A stretch of 64,000 nt of DNA from Candidatus Stammera capleta (GTDB taxonomy: Bacteria; Pseudomonadota; Gammaproteobacteria; Enterobacterales; Enterobacteriaceae), in the NCBI GenBank assembly GCA_015134335.1, contig CP043975.1, positions 84,350 through 148,349 of the forward strand. Reading direction: 5' to 3'. Below, piece after piece: positions 62,398-64,000 of this stretch. The position numbers and the translations under genes are program-made. The first letter of the stretch is position 1. The number at the start of each line of letters is the position of its first letter. The notes under the pieces were generated by a model. The model searched no databases and had not been told where the DNA came from. It worked only from the letters and a program-made list of their open reading frames with translations.

Positions 62398-64000
62398 ATG
62401 AAAAAAAATATTATGTTACAAATAAATTTATTAATTTCTGAATATAAAGATCAAGGATATATTACTTATTCTCAAATTAATAAAAAATTATTTTTATTAG
62501 ATGAAAAAATTAATATTTCTCAATATGAAAAAATCATAAATATGATAACTAATTTAGGTATTTCTGTTATTGATAAATCCTCCCCCAATATTAAATTTGG
62601 TTCAAATAGTAATTTATATTCTATAAATAATAATTTGTTTAAGATTAATAATAATGATTATAATAAAATAAATGATCCTGTTAGGATGTATATGAAAGAA
62701 ATGGGAACAGTTGATTTATTAACACGAGAAGGAGAAATTGTTATATCTAAAAGAATTGAAGATAATATAAATTATATACAATATAATTTAGCTAAATTTT
62801 TTAAAAATATAAAATATTTTTTAGATCAATATAATTTAATAAAATTAAAAAAAAGTAAATTGTCTGATTTAATTCTTGGTTATATAGATGATAAATATAA
62901 TTATATTTTTAATAATAATAGATATAATTTAAATTATTTTTATAATATTAAATATATAGATAATAATAATAGTAATAATGATACTATTAAAAGTAAATTT
63001 AAATTTTTAAAATATCAATATAAAATTTTAATAAAATTTATTAATTTATATAGTTTTAATCATCCATATACTAAATATGAATTTAATAAATTATTAAATA
63101 TTTTTATGACATTTAAATTAGTTCCTAAAGTTTTAGATAATTTATTATTTAATATAAAAAAAATTTTTATAAAGATTAAAAATATAGAAAATAATATAAT
63201 GAATTTATGTATTAATAATTTAATGCCTAAGAATATATTTTTAAAATTAATATTAAATTATAAGTTGAGTGAATATAAGTGATTTTATAAAGCTGTTAAT
63301 ATGAATAAATTATGATCTGTTAATCTTATAAAAATAAAATATAAAATATTTAAAAAAATTAAAATTTTATTTATAATTGAAAAAGAAATAGGAATTGATT
63401 TAATTAAATTTAAAAAAATTATTAAAAATATATTTGAAAGTGAATTAAAAACTAAAAGTGTTAAAAAAGAAATGGTAGAAGCTAATTTAAGATTGGTAAT
63501 ATCTATAGCAAAAAAATATACTAATAGAGGTTTACAATTTTTAGATTTGATTCAAGAGGGAAATATAGGTTTAATGAAAGCTGTTGATAAATTTGAATAT
63601 AGAAGGGGATATAAATTTTCTACATATGCAACTTGATGAATAAGACAAGCTATAACTAGATCAATAGCTGATCAAGCTAGAACCATTAGAATACCTGTTC
63701 ATATGATAGAAACTATTAATAAGTTAAATAGAATATCTAGACAGTTATTACAGGAAATTGGTAGAGAACCTACTCCTGAAGAGCTTTCACTTAAAATGAT
63801 GATTCCAGAAGATAAAATACGTAAAGTTTTAAAAATTGCTAAAGAACCTGTTTCTATGGAAACTCCAATTGGAGAAGATGAAGATTTACATTTAGGTGAT
63901 TTTATAGAGGATACTTCAGTTAAATTACCTTTAGAAAGTGCTACTACTGAAAGTTTAAAGTTAGTTACTAATAATATTTTATCTAGTTTAACTCCTAGAG
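62398..64000 (+). CDS. rpoD: RNA polymerase sigma factor RpoD (3' end beyond the window)
   Basis: ...[22 protein letters not shown]...[78 protein letters not shown]... The invariant region-2.3 WW is TGA TGA at 63634-63639. Confidence 0.95.

Overview
This 64-kb window comes from an extremely A+T-rich, gene-dense, highly reduced bacterial genome of the obligate-endosymbiont type.

**Lineage.** The 16S and 23S sequences are almost collinear with E. coli; for example, 16S carries GGAATATTGCACAATGGGGG...GTAAAGTACTTTCAG. Local gene order is Enterobacterales-like:
- rpsF-rpsR-rplI, rplM-rpsI, rplU-rpmA-obg
- rlmE-ftsH-secG-tRNALeu(GAG)-nusA-infB-rbfA-truB
- rpsO-pnp-deaD, groES-groEL, ptsH-ptsI, mnmG-atpBEFHAGDC
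- tRNA Thr-Tyr-Gly, pepA-valS, trxA-rho, tRNA His-Pro, and tsaD divergent from rpsU-dnaG-rpoD

Many E. coli neighbours have been deleted. I cannot name the organism from sequence alone.

**Genetic code.** The supplied six-frame track uses the standard code and fragments most genes. TGA sits at conserved tryptophan positions, so the window must be read with a UGA=Trp code (translation table 4). Every stop I traced is TAA or TAG.

**Content under that code.**
- 58 CDS: mutL and rpoD run off the window edges, and ftsH and the polA-derived exonuclease are frameshifted
- one rRNA operon: 16S-tRNAGlu-23S-5S-tRNAAsp
- 16 tRNA genes in total (including the tRNAGlu and tRNAAsp of the rRNA operon), plus tmRNA

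I see no mobile element, CRISPR array, prophage, defence locus or secondary-metabolite locus.

**Most notable observations.**
1. UGA=Trp recoding in an Enterobacterales-like lineage.
2. The only tRNA-Trp here keeps a CCA anticodon but has a U11:A24 D-stem pair, the same change as the E. coli Hirsh UGA suppressor.
3. ftsH carries a +1 frameshift at a non-homopolymeric GCC-AGG-C site.
4. The polA-derived 5'-3' exonuclease gene is frameshifted inside an A12 tract, and the rlmE start has a similar A10 problem.
5. 16S rRNA has A/T-only expansion segments.
6. CDS stop codons overlap convergent tRNA genes.

**Limits.** Everything was done by eye, with no tRNAscan, Infernal or BLAST. RNA ends are good to about +-5 nt. 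Some start codons are uncertain. CDS coordinates include the stop codon.
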